Below are positions 33,719 through 45,802 of a DNA stretch of 64,000 nt, piece by piece. Both the position numbers and the translations under genes were made by a program. The number at the start of each line of letters is the position of its first letter. Position 1 is the stretch's first letter. Under the pieces are notes generated by a model. It saw only the letters and a program-made list of their open reading frames with translations, did not search any database and was not told where the DNA came from. Source of the stretch: Macrostomum hystrix (Eukaryota; Animalia; Platyhelminthes); NCBI GenBank assembly GCA_950097015.1, contig CATNEN010000034.1:7502001-7566000 (forward strand). The letters run 5' to 3'.

Positions 33719-36500
33719 AACAGTCTCCTGCTCATCCCCGACGTGGCCACCGGTCAGCATTTTTCCGGTCTCAGGGGCCGACGCCCGCACGCACCCACCC
33801 AGCCCGCCACTTTTCGCGGCCAACGGCAGCCTGATACGTACCTTCGGCAGCCAGACGCTCACAATTGACCTCGGCGTCAAGACCTGCACCTGGCCGTTCA
33901 TCCTTGCCGAAGTGTCCCGACCGTTGATCGGCGCCGATTTTCTGCGGCATCATGGCCTCTTGGTGGACCTGCCGAACCGTCGCTTGCTGGACGCTAGCTC
34001 GTTGTCCAGTGTTCACCTGGTGCTCGGCTCTGGCACGGCCCCGCAGTTGGCCGCCGCGGTTGCCGGAGACCCGTATATATTGTGCCCAAATCCTCAGGCG
34101 GTTGGCGGCCCTGTGGGGATTTTCGGCGGCTCAATGATGCCACGGTACCTGACCGTTACCCGGTGCCACACATCCAGGAATTCTCAGCGCGGCTGTCCGG
34201 ATGCAAAATATTTTCAAAAATCGACCTAGTTCGCGGCTATCATCAAATCCCGGTCGCGGAGGCCGACATCGCTAAGACGCCTGTCATCACCCCTTTTGGC
34301 CTGTTTGAGTTTCTTCGCATGCCTTTCGGTCTTAAAAATGCCGCCCAGGCCTTCCAGAGGTTGATCGACACAGTCTGCCAGGACCTGGACTTCGTGTTCG
34401 CCTACATTGACGACTTCCTGGTGGCGAGCAGCGATCCTCAACAGCACCTGAAGCACCTGCGTGTGCTGTTCCAGCGCCTGGCCGACAACGGCCTCCTAAC
34501 CAACCCGGCTAAATGCCAGTTTGGCCGCAGTGAAATTGACTTCCTGTGTCACCGCATTGACAGCCGTGGGGCCGTGCCGCTGCCCGACAAGGTCGACGCC
34601 ATCACTCGGTTCGCGCCGCCTGCGACCGTCAAGGGCCTACAGGAGTTTGCCGGTATGGTGAACTTCTATCACCGGTTCGTGCCGCGTGCCGCTCAACTGC
34701 TGCGCCCTATCTACGGTGCCCTGGCCAGCAAGGAAAAGTTTGTTCAGTGGACGCCGGAGCTGACGGATGCTTTCAACAGTACGAAGCGCGCTCTGGCAGA
34801 AGCCGCCATGCTCGCCCATCCACAGCTCGGCGCTCCAACGGCGCTGACGGTCGACGCCTCGGACACCGCCATAGGGGCGGTCCTGGAGCAGCGCATCGGT
34901 GAGGCGTGGCAGCCGCTGGCGTTCTTCAGTCGGCAGCTGCGTCCCGCTGAACATAAGTACAGCGCTTTTGACCGTGAGTTGCTCGCTCTCTATCTCGCCA
35001 CTAGGCACTTTCGCTACTTTTTGGAAGGCCGCTTTTTCACCGCCTACACCGACCACAAGCCCCTAGTGGCGGCCAAGCTGTCGAACCCGTGGTCGGCACA
35101 TCAGCAGCGGCACCTCGCATACGTGTCGGAGTTCACCACCGACATCCGGCACGTAGCGGGCAAAGACAACCCGGTGGCCGACGCACTGTCCCGCTGCACC
35201 GTTGCCTCCGTGCAGCCGCTGCTTCCTGGTATCGACTATGAGGCCCTAGCGCGTGCGCAGACTTTAGACGACCCTGCGCTTGCGGACACCGGTCTCAGGC
35301 TAGAACGAGTGGCGCTGGCCCCTGCTTGGAGGTTCTCTGCGACACCGTGACCGGCCGTCCACGACCGCTGGTGCCCGCCGACTTCCGCCGTGCCGTCTTC
35401 GACGCCATCCACAGCCTGGCGCAGCCGTCGGTCCGCAGCACACGGCGCCTTGTGTCCGAAAAGTTCGTGTGGCCCGGACTCAAGAAGGACGTCGGCCAGT
35501 GGGCACGCAGCTGAATCGCCTGCCAGACGGCCAAAGTCCAGCGGCATGTGATCGCTCCACCGTCTAGCATCCCGGTGCCCAACAGCCGTTTTGCCCATGT
35601 CCACGTTGATCTGGTTGGTCCGTTGCCGCCGTCTCGTGGTTACACCTATTTGCTGACAGCAGTCGACCGTTTCTCCCGCTGGCCGGAGGCATTTCCAATG
35701 GTCGACACCTCTGCCGCTTCCTGCGCATCTGTTTTCATCGCCGGCTGGATCGCCCGCTTCGGTGTCCCCAGCGACATCACGTCCGACCGCGGCTCCCAGT
35801 TCACCTCAGAGCTGTGGACCAACGTATCCAAGCTGCTTGGCATGCAGTTCCATCACACAACGGCCTTTCATCCGCAGTCAAATGGACTGGTGGAGCGTTT
35901 TCATCGCCAGCTCAAGGCATCCCTGATGGCACGTCTGACTGGACCGGCTTGGGTGGACGAGCTTCCCTGGGCACTGCTGGGCATCAGGACGACCCCCAAG
36001 GAGGACATTGGCGCCTCCTCTGCAGAGCTGGTTTACGGCGCGCCGCTGACCGTGCCGGGCAAGTGCCTTCAGGCGACGCCCGCGACAATCTCCTACGACC
36101 AGTTCCTAGCCCAGCTTCGCGGTGCTGAGAAATCATTTCGACCGCCTCCGACCTCACGACACGGCCGCGTTGCACCCTCCGTGCCCGACGCACTGGACGC
36201 TTGCACGCACGTTTTCATCCGCCGTGACGGCCACCGCCCGTCGCTGCAAAGACCGTATTTCGGCCCATTCAAGGTGCTCGAGCGCAACACCAAAACCTTT
36301 CTGCTCGATTTATACGCGGCACGATCACGTGGCGGTAGATCGGCTGAAGCCTGTGGTGCTGGACCCCTGCGAAGCAGTACCGGCCCCACCGATGCGACCC
36401 AGAGGCCGCCCTCGCCGGGATGCTCGTCAACCGCTGAAAGACAATGAGCCTGAACCTGCCGCAGTTGCGCCAAGGCCACCGCCGCGGACGTATCAACCAG
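33699..36500 (+). pseudogene. pol: Disrupted pol (PR-RT-RNase H-integrase) of the CsRn1-like element
   Basis: IGADFL (PR); [31 protein letters not shown] (RT); VDAS, YTDHKPL (RNase H); HVHVDLVGP, TSDRG, GLVERFH, PYFGPF (INT). Confidence 0.92.
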
Positions 36501-36616
36501 CAGGTCACCAGCCAAACGCCGCGGCTCCTCCTGATCCGATTAAGCGTCGTCAGCTACCACCGCGCCGATGCCGGCCGACTCGATTTCGCTAATAGGCCAG
36601 CGCTAGGGGGGAGCCA

Positions 36617-39600
36617 CTTGACTTACTTGACTTAGCGGCAGGGAGCCTCCATGACGGACGCAGCGAGGAGGCGGCTGATGCCGCCCATATCGCTAACCCC
36701 TGGCAGCCAGACAGCCTCCAGCGAGGCGGTGCCGCTCAGGGTGGTCCGTCGGTCGATTCCGCCGCGCGATCTTCCTCGCCATAGGCTGGGAAGAAATCAG
36801 CTCGGCCGGTATCCCGGAGGAAGTGGGCGAGCTGTGGGATGTTCTCGGGCGAGCAGGCTTCGGCGAGAGTCGGTGCCGGCCCGAGATGTTTTAGCCTAGC
36901 CCGGGTGATGGCCGGGCAGTGGCAGATGAAATGCTCGGCATTTTCGCGTCCGGAGCAGCAGAAGGGACACGTTTCCTCAGGCACGTGGCCTTGAAGGTAG
37001 CGGTGTCTGGTGAAGCAGCCATGTCCCGAAAGGGCCATAGTGACTGCTCTTAGGTCTCTGCGGTTAAGCCTGAGTAAGGCCTTACGCAGGTTACTAGAGG
37101 GGGTTGGCACCGCAGCCCTGGACTGGCGACAGTTCAGGGTGCTGGACCACCTCCTCCGGTGCTGGGTCTCCATCCAGCGGTTGATGCTGGAGTTGACAAC
37201 AGAGACGGGGATCGGGGACTCCGGGCCCGGGCCCATCAGGGAGCTGGCTGCTCCAGCCTTAGCAAGCTGGTCCGCCATCTCATTCCCTGTGAACCCGGCA
37301 TGCCCAGGGATCCACAGCAGCTCCACCTTGTTAGACTGCGCCAACCCGTTTAACTGGGTGTTGCAGTCCAAGGTGGTTCTGGAGCGAGAGGTGCAGCGGC
37401 TGAGGGCCTTGAGGGCTGCTTGACTGTCGGAGTGAAAAAAGATCCTCCGACCAGACCAGCCAGCTGCCTCTGGCGCAGCTCAGCCGCACAGAGGCTGATG
37501 GCGAGCACTTCGTTTTGGAAAACGCTAGAGCTCTTGCCACAGTATTGGGAGTGGGTCCAGAGGACCTCACCACCCGAGGCGACGCACACTCCGAATCCCG
37601 ATTTACCGTTCATCAGAGAGCCGTCAGTGTAACAATGGACTGCCGGGTCATCCCAGCAGTCCTTTACCTCATTACGAGGGGAGATGCTGACTTTGTACCT
37701 GTGGCTCCGGAGTAAAGTGGCCGGGGCCCCGTCCGAAAGGATGGTGAGCCCTCCGCACTCGCCCAGAGTTTTCAGGCAGAGGTCAGAGTGAGGCAGAAGG
37801 GAGCGCTTCGAGAAGGCTCGCGAATTCTGGAAGGAGACACCCGCATCAAGAAGACGACGGGTGGACTTTGCTGCTTACCCCTTGACGAAAATGTCAATGG
37901 GTGTAGCGTTGAGGAAAGCATTCATGCCTTCGAAGGGAGTGGAGGGTGGGGCGCCCAGCGTCATACGACAGGCTCTGCCCTGCACCCCATAGAGCGCCTC
38001 CAGGTTTTTCTGGATGCCCATGGCGCTGGCCCAGATGAGGCCAGCGTAAGCGACGGACGGTCTAATGATCGCCGTGTAAATCCACCAAAGGTTCTTGGGG
38101 TTAGCACCCAAGTGGTGCCCACGGCACGCCTGACTTGCGCCAGTATGGCCAGGGCCCTCTTGGCCTTTGTGGTGATGTGCGGGGTCCAGTTAAGCCTATG
38201 GTCTAGCAGGAGACCAAGGCACCGGACCTGCTTTTCCATGGCAATATTCTTGCCATAGAGAGTCAGAGGCTTAATGGTCCAGAGCAGTCTGCTGGTAAAC
38301 ATAACCGCAACGGTCTTGGACTCAGAGAGTCGGAGCCCGCATTGTTCCGCCCAGCGCACCGCCCTGTTGATAAAGCCCTGGATGAGGTCCCTGGTGGTTT
38401 CCGCCGAGGGGCTCGCGCAGATGGCGGTCACATCGTCGGCATATCCCACCTTCAGGACTGGGTCAGGACGAGTGCTTTTCAGCAGCTCATCCATGACGAG
38501 ATTCCACAGCAGTGGGGTGAGGACGCCGCCTTGGGGCCCTCCTTTTAGGACAGGTGCCGAGAGCAGCCTTCCTTCGAGGTGGGCCACCACGTGGCGATGC
38601 CGGATCATGTACATGACCCAGCGAACGAGGTGGGGGTGAGTGGCCCTGGAAACCAGGGCCTCCTCAAAAGCTTCGAAAACAACGTTATCGAAGGCCCCCT
38701 CAATGTCTAGGAAGACAGCCAGGGCAAAACCGCTGCCCAGCACTGCCTTCTCGAGAGTCTCCACGATGCAGTGGAGGGCGCTCTCCGTGGACCGGCCCGC
38801 CCGAAAGGCGTGCTGGTTTGGGGAGAGCGGGGCCCGCCCTAGCTCTACAGTAAGAAGGCGCCAGAGCACCAGTCTTTCCATGAGCTTGAGGCAGGTGGAA
38901 GTCAAGCTTATCGGGCGATAGGACTTGACTGAGCGATAGTCGCCTTTGGCGGGCTTCGGGATGAAGACGACCCGGGCTTCGTGCCACAGCGCTGGTACAT
39001 AGCCCAGCACGATGCAGGCCGTAGAAGTCTGCAGAGGAGATGGAGGAAGCGGCCATTTTTGACCGCTTCATGCAAAAAGGCCGGATAAATACCATCTGGC
39101 CAAGGTGCTTTGAAAGGGTTGAATGCCTTTGCCGCGCGAACGATGCGGTCATTCGTGACGAGTGACTGAGCCAGGCCTCCTCCACGTGAGTGGTCGTCTG
39201 GGCCAAAGTGCGCCGGTACACTCGGGAAGAAATGCCCTAGCATAAGCTCGAGCGTTTCCTCCGGGCGCTCCGTGATCGAGCCGTCTGGCTTTTTGATCGA
39301 TGAGAGCTTGGAGAAGCGGTCGTTGGTGAGCGCCTTTACCACGCGGGCCGTGGGCCGCGAGCCCTCAAGCCCTTCGCAGTATTGTCGCCACTTGTCCGCT
39401 TTTGCCCTTCTGACCCGGCCCTTAAACTCATGGATGGCGCGAGTATAGGCCTCTTTGTCATCAGGGTCGTGCGAGATTTTCAGCCTCCTCTGGAGAGCCT
39501 TTGCTCGGCGTCTCAGGACTCCGAGCTCGGGGTTCCACCAGGGGGCCGATTTTTTGCCTTTGTAGGCTTTGAGCGGGCAAGCCATTTCGTAGGCCTCTGT

Positions 39601-40165
39601 GATGGCGCCGCCCAGCAGGGCAGCCACTCCATCTAGGTCCTGCGTGGTTGCCATGGCCATGGAGGGGTCGGAGGCCTACGACGCTTTGCCGCTCCAGAGG
39701 TTGTGGAGCGCTTTGCGCCCCGGTCATCGCGCGAGTTGGGCAGCGCGGCATTTGTGGCGGTCGCGGGGCCAGCTAGCCCGGGCGCCGCAGCGTGTATGGC
39801 CTCGGGCACCATGGTGTCCTCGGCCGGAGCAGTAGGTAGGCTGGAAGCCATTTGAAGCTGCAATGAGAAGAGGGGCTTCCTGTAGACACAGGCAGGAATA
39901 ACCCGCTCAGCCGCGATCCCAAAGCTGAGCGGGGGCAGCCAAAAAAGACAAGTTACAACCCGGGGTGGGATGCCAGGACCACCGGGAGGAACCGTAGGAG
40001 GCCAGACTACTCCCTGGTCAAGCGTCCATCAGCACGGTCAACACTGGGACATTAGAGGGCGCTATTGGGCCAGCGCCGAGGCCTGCGGACTGGCCGCATA
40101 CCCTGTTAAGGTCAGAGGGTGACACCTTTCCCTCAGACCCGTAGCCAGAGGTACCTGATACCTGA
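36617..40165 (-). mobile_element. Non-LTR retrotransposon (R1/Loa/Lian-like, RT plus RNase H), copy 1, internally deleted
   Basis: KAP(W/G)PDGIYP, VFIPKPAK...YRPISLTS, QGG, YADD (RT); YTDGS, SDSQAAL, WIPGH...GNEMAD (RNase H); CPFC...EHFICHC knuckle; 3' tail (TAAGTCAAG)2. A probable 5'UTR plus ORF1 start (ATG 39851) is fused to ORF2 at 39672. Confidence 0.9.
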
Positions 40166-40980
40166 TAAAGGTTAAAACAGGACAACACAACAAGCTCTAA
40201 AAGTTAACGAGTCCTACAGATTTCACCGCCATCTCAAAAAAAACTAAAAAAACGGGTCACAAAACTGCGCCAAGAGACGAAAAGCGTACAGAGTGAACAA
40301 GGGTTTTTTGAACAATGTGCTGAGTTTCAGCATAATACGAGCGTATCTCTGAATGTATGATACAAGGGTCGCTCAGATGGCCTTTAGCCTAGCCACTAAA
40401 AGTGTACTACAGAGATCAAAAGCCAATTAAGCCCTTGTAGCGTTCAATTGCTCGATGAAGCATAAAAGTTGCAACTTCGGAGCATTTCAAGCAAGACAAG
40501 TCGCGAGCCGATTCTATCCAAACTTTACGAGCGTTAATGCATCTGCGCCCTTCATCCTCGAACGTCCAATACGGTTGACGCTGAGTTTTGCCTATAGGCC
40601 GAGATAGCCTCAAAAATGAGCATTAATCCGGAGACCCTGCGACACAATGACCCAGAAACTATCTGCGCTGCGTCTTAGCATGAGCGTCGCTGACCGTCGA
40701 GAGACCTACCAGCAGATCCAGCAGGACCTCGACTTAGGATCTGGGAGTGCGGAACCTGGCCTCCTGGTGGATGCCTATCAGCTGTCTGACCAGCAGGACT
40801 ACCGAGTGGCTTAAGGCCGATTTGTACTGCAGAAATTCGAGTCTGGGACCTGCTGGCGATTCTGGCTCATCCTTACAAGAGATGAGACGAGATTTATCAA
40901 TGCGACCCGGAAACAAAGCGCCAGTCGACCATGTGGACCTTTTGAGACGAGAAGACGAGGAGGGTCAGGTCTTATATTCT
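40166..40980 (-). repeat. Inverted copy of the dispersed repeat 9075-9890
   Basis: Reverse-complement match. Confidence 0.8.
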
Positions 40981-41345
40981 TGGAATCCAATCCTCTCACT
41001 TTGGGATTCAATCCTCCGAGTTTAGGATTTAATCCTCCCAGTCTGGGATTCAATCCTCCGAGTTTGGGATTCAATCTTCCAAGTTTGGGATTCAATCTTC
41101 CAAGTTTGGGATTCAATCCTCCCAGCTTGGAATCCAATTCTCCCACTTTGGGATTGGAAATCAATAGAGCTGAAAATCAGTTTGGAATTAAATCCTCCCA
41201 GTTTGGGGTTCAATCCTCCCAGTTTGGGATTCAACCCTCCCAGTTTGGGATTCAATCCTCCAAGTTTGGGATTCAACACTCCCAGCTTGGGATTCAACCT
41301 CCCAGTTTGGGATTCAACCTCCCCGCTCGGGATTCAATCCTCTCA
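40980..41345 (-). repeat. 21-bp minisatellite array S6 (inverted)
   Basis: CAATCCTCCCAGTTTGGGATT units. Confidence 0.95.
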
Positions 41346-41660
41346 GCTTTCCTTGCTTTAAAAACGGCATGCCTTCACAATGAACTTTCATAACTACAGT
41401 CCTTGGTTGACTGAAAGTAAGAATTCATTTGTTTACTTTACTCAACTTTGCACAAATGCAAAACTCACGAGTAGTTTTAACAGATTTGTATTAAAATCGA
41501 AATGGATCTCTTCCTATGCTAAGTCCATGTTGGACTTAGTTGGACTATGCTAAGTCCATGATATTATTGTTGCAATTTCTACTTTGTTTGTCGCAGTGCG
41601 AAGAAAATAAAAAGATATTTCAGCTAATAGAAAGATAGTCTGTACCACGATTCGAACAAC

Positions 41661-42197
41661 TCACGAATTGATTACAGTGACCTTCCATTCATCTTTAGTA
41701 TCATTCTTGCAGGCAATACTGCTAAGAGATTATCATTGCGGGGATGTGTCAACAATGTAGGCGTGACTCTGCAGTACATATTCCTGATGGTCACAATGTC
41801 GCCATCTTTGATGTTCATAGAGTTGTTCTGATTCACAATGAACCACATCTGACCACGATCAGCGTCTCCTTTTCGAAGGTAGATTGTATAGCCGTTGCCG
41901 CATTGTGCATAGATCTCTTTATTATAACCAGGATTGTCGAGGACGATCTTCTTAGAGCCATGCCAGGCGTCTTCGAATCGGAATGAGGTTGGCTTACTGG
42001 TTGCGACCTTCAAAAATAACCTTCTTTGACATAACCAACGATTGGATGACTCTTGATTAACATTTATGCGGTTGCCTGTTCGCACATTGATCAGCGTAAC
42101 CAGCGAGCTTTGGCTGATGACTGCGCGTTTCGAAGCTGCAAGAGGCAGTGCTAGGCAGAGTGCCAACAGGACCAGCGTCAGTAGGATGACAGAACAT
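41661..42197 (-). pseudogene. Secreted beta-trefoil-like pseudogene, type D copy 1 (inverted)
   Basis: TATA box and the first codons are deleted, and the remaining ATG is out of frame. A 2-nt insertion follows RNMY, and the original frame has TGA-TAA. Confidence 0.85.
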
Positions 42198-42917
42198 TTT
42201 GTCTCCTAGGAACTACATTTTTACCTTCAGGAATGCAGATGACGTGGTTGCGTTGCAATCAAAAAGGAAAACTTTAACGTGATTTACTCATCAGGAGTAT
42301 CTCTGTGCATGTGGCTTTGCTTCAAGTTGGATACATATTTTCAACTAAAATTTGAAACCGCTATCAGATCCAGAAATATTTCTTAGAAGGAAATTACTGA
42401 AAAAAAACATGTGGGAAAATTTTTTGCTTTTCGTTCCGTGCTTCGCTTCGCAGTTGCTGAGCTTCCAGCGTTGCCTGCAAGTGATCACGGAGAAGCACTG
42501 GTGGCGTGATTTTCCGCTGTCAAGATTAGGCATGAGATTGACTGCCGTTTAGCATTAGATTGCAGCAGGGGATTGGCTCAGTTTGGCATTCAATCAACCC
42601 AGTCTGATATTGACATCCTCCCAGTGTGTGTTGGTTTTGCGGTTGCACTTTTATGCTTCAGTCCTCGTTTACATTCTGTGTTATCTTATCTTTCTCCCTA
42701 TCTGTCGTGCGCTGTCTCTCTCTAGCAGTGTTTACTCACCGCATATCCACCTGCGTGTCAGTGCATGTTTTAGCCCTCAACCAATCAAATCGTTTCAATA
42801 ATCAATGTGCATTCATCGTAAAGTCTGTGCATAATAAATAGATCGAAAGCTTTGGCTCTGGCCCTCAACTGTTGGTTTGTCAGCGAACAAGACTTGACTT
42901 GAGTTCTCCAGCTTACA

Positions 42918-43861
42918 AGTCCCAAACTGGGAGGATTGATTCCCAATCTGCCAGGGTTATATCCCAAACTGGATAGACTTGACTCCCAAACTAGGAGGAT
43001 TTGAATTTCAAACAATGAGGATTAGATTCCAAGCTGGGAGGATTAGATTCCAAGCTGGGAGGATTGGATTCCAAGCTGGGAGGATTGGATTCCAAGCTGG
43101 GAGGATTGGATTCCAAGCTGGGAGGATTAGATTCCAAGCTGGGAGGATTAGATTCCAAGCTGGGAGGATTAGATTCCAAGCTGGGAGGATTAGATTCCAA
43201 GCTGGGAGGATTAGATTCCAAGCTGGGAGGATTAGATTCCAAGCTGGGAGGATTGGATTCCAAGCTGAGAGAATTGAATTCCAAACAATGAGATTGGATT
43301 CCAAGCTGGGAGGATTAGATTCCAAGCTGGGAGGATTAGATTCCAAGCTGGGAGGATTGGATTCCAAGCTGGGAGGATTGGATTCCAAGCTGGGAGGATT
43401 GGATTCCAAGCTGGGAGGATTCGATTCCAAGCTGGGAGGATTAGATTCCAAGCTGGGAGGATTGGATTCCAAGCTGGGAGGATTAGATTCCAAGCTGGGA
43501 GGATTAGATTCCAAGCTGGGAGGATTCGATTCCAAGCTGGGAGGATTAGATTCCAAGCTGGGAGGATTAGATTCCAAGCTGGGAGGATTAGATTCCAAGC
43601 TGGGAGGATTAGATTCCAAGCTGGGAGGATTAGATTCCAAGCTGGGAGGATTAGATTCCAAGCTGGGAGGATTGGATTCCAAGCTGAGAGAATTGAATTC
43701 CAAACAATGAGATTGGATTCCAAGCTGGGAGGATTAGATTCCAAGCTGGGAGGATTGGATTCAAAACTGGGAGGAATGAATCCCAAACTGGGAGTATTCG
43801 AATCCCAAACTGGGAGTACTCGAATCCTAAACTGGGAGTATTCGAATCCCAAATTGGGAGT
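42918..43861 (+). repeat. 21-bp minisatellite array S7
   Basis: Homogenised ATTCCAAGCTGGGAGGATTAG units. Confidence 0.95.
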
Positions 43862-44134
43862 ATCACTTGCATGTAACGCTCGAAGCACAGCAATTGTGAA
43901 GTGAAGCACTGAACGAAAAGCAAGAAAAGTTTCTCACTTGTTCTTTTCAAGAGTTTCCTTCTAAGAAATTTGTAACGTTAATTTTTCTTTGTACCACCCC
44001 ATGGGGTCGGTGCTATAAATAGATGTGCGTAGTGCTGAGAGGCCGTGCGTTTTTTGGACCTCCGTGGCTCAACCTGGAGCTTGTGAATCGTGTCCCTCAT
44101 TCTTACTTGATTAAAAGAATGCTGCATGGTGGCA

Positions 44135-45354
44135 GTGGTGCGGGCTCTAACCACCCGTACAACTTGCACTCTAAAGACGGAGCGCCTGGTGAAGACTCTG
44201 AAGACACTACTGAAGAAGCCAGCGGAGTGCCGGAGCCGGTTTCACTGGAGGGCGCGAATCTAATGGAAACCATGAAGTTGCTTCTGACGCACCAGAGTCG
44301 GCAACTTCAGGAATTGACTCGCGCGCAAGAGAGACAGTCAGCGTTCTACATGGATCAACTGGCGCGTCAGCAGGCGGAGTTCACGAGGCTGCTTGCCGAA
44401 GCCAAGCCACGGCCTCCAGCGGCGGAACCCAAGCTATTTAAGCTGACGGACTCTGATGACATCGAAGCATTCCTGATGACCTTCGAGAGGACTGCCGCAT
44501 CGTGTGGATGGCAAAAGTCGGAGTGGACGATCCGGCTGGCACCGCTCTTGACAGGCGTCGCGCAGAGTGCATTCCACAGTCTGACGACAGCTGCGAGCGC
44601 GGACTACGACCTGGCGAAGGCGACTATCCTAGCGAGGTACAACATCGGCGAGGAGACCTACCGACAGCGATTCCGGTCTCTGCGGAAGTCACCCGAAGAG
44701 ACCTTCCAGGCGTTTGCAACGAAGCTGGAAGACCTGTTTGACCGGTGGATGACAGCTGGACTGGACGAGGACCAAAGAGAGGCGCTGTTAGGAGATGACC
44801 CCATCGTCAAGCAGAAAGTGCTCCTGGAGCAGTTTACAGAGTCTGTGACAAGGGGACTGCAAGTGTGGATGCGAGAGAGAAAGCCGAAGAACATCAAAGA
44901 GGCTGCGAGTCTGGCCGATGACTATGCAATGGCAAGGAACAACGACAAGACCGGTGGAACACCAGGACACCCGAACCAGGAGACTGCGGAAGGGGCTACT
45001 GTACCCAATGCTATCGCCCGACAAAGGACAGTTCAACGACCGCAAAGTCTCAAGCCTCCGATCAGCTGCTTCAATTGTGGAGGCCCCCACAAGAAGTTTC
45101 AGTGTCCCAACAAGCCTTCTAATGTCCACCTGGCCTCAGAAGCAAGAGCTATGGAGGGGGCCTCGGACAGGTTCATCACCGGACAGGCAGACGGCATGGA
45201 ATTGCGATTCCTGTTGGACACAGGAGCAGATCGAACCACGATCCGACGCAGCTGCCTGCCTGAGCACATCAATTGGACAGGACACCACGCACTATTGCGC
45301 TGCTTTGGGGCGACCTACACCGCCTTCCTATCGCTAAAGTGGAATTGCACCTAA
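44135..45354 (+). pseudogene. gag: Gag (SCAN-like capsid domain, CCHC knuckle) and protease of the Gmr1-like element
   Basis: DDIEAFLMTFER...W...LAPLLTG; ETYRQRFR; LLEQF...LQVWMRERKPKNIKEAASLADDY; CFNCGGPHKKFQC; LLDTGADRT. Frameshift after the protease. The start position is approximate. Confidence 0.85.
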
Positions 45355-45802
45355 ACGGCTACACAGGAACTACCGAAGTCTGCGTGTCCGACTCACTCCC
45401 AGTAAGCGCTTTGGCTGGACTGGATGTGATTAGCCGACTCCAGCCAGGGGTTGGAGGCACCCCTAGCACAGGACCCGGAGGAGAGGCGCGCGAGGGGGCT
45501 AAAGGCCTACCCCTCCCAGCCAATGAGAGAGAGGGGGTGGGTGCGCCACACCACCCAAAACCCCAGTTAAAGGGGGACGAGAGACTTCACGTGGAAGACA
45601 TTGTGGCCAGCGGCCTAAACCAGATCGATCCGGAACCGGCTAATAAAGCAAAACCGAGAATGACTAGAGCGCAGGTGCGTAAACATCAGCGAGAGTACAA
45701 CAAAGCTAAACAGGAAACAGCAATGCGCCCCGTGGCATTAGATTACCAGGCAGCCCTACTAGACGACAGTGAGCTTCAGGCGAAGGACGACAAACCGGCG
45801 CA

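Larger units (their letters stand above)
32758..36616 (+). mobile_element. Ty3/gypsy LTR retrotransposon, CsRn1-like clade, copy 1 (5' LTR 32758-32959; 3' LTR absent)
   Basis: LTR TGTGGCG...CGCCACA, tRNA-Trp-like PBS TGGTGAGCCCGAC, gag, PR-RT-RH-INT, and PPT AGGGGGGAGCCA at 36605-36616. Carries frameshifts, stops and deletions. Confidence 0.93.

Noticed and set aside
33119-39863. Many antisense and alternate-frame ORFs in the GC-rich retroelements (also 44.5-49.9 and 52.7-56.9 kb)
   Set aside because: Shadow ORFs of GC-rich coding sequence.
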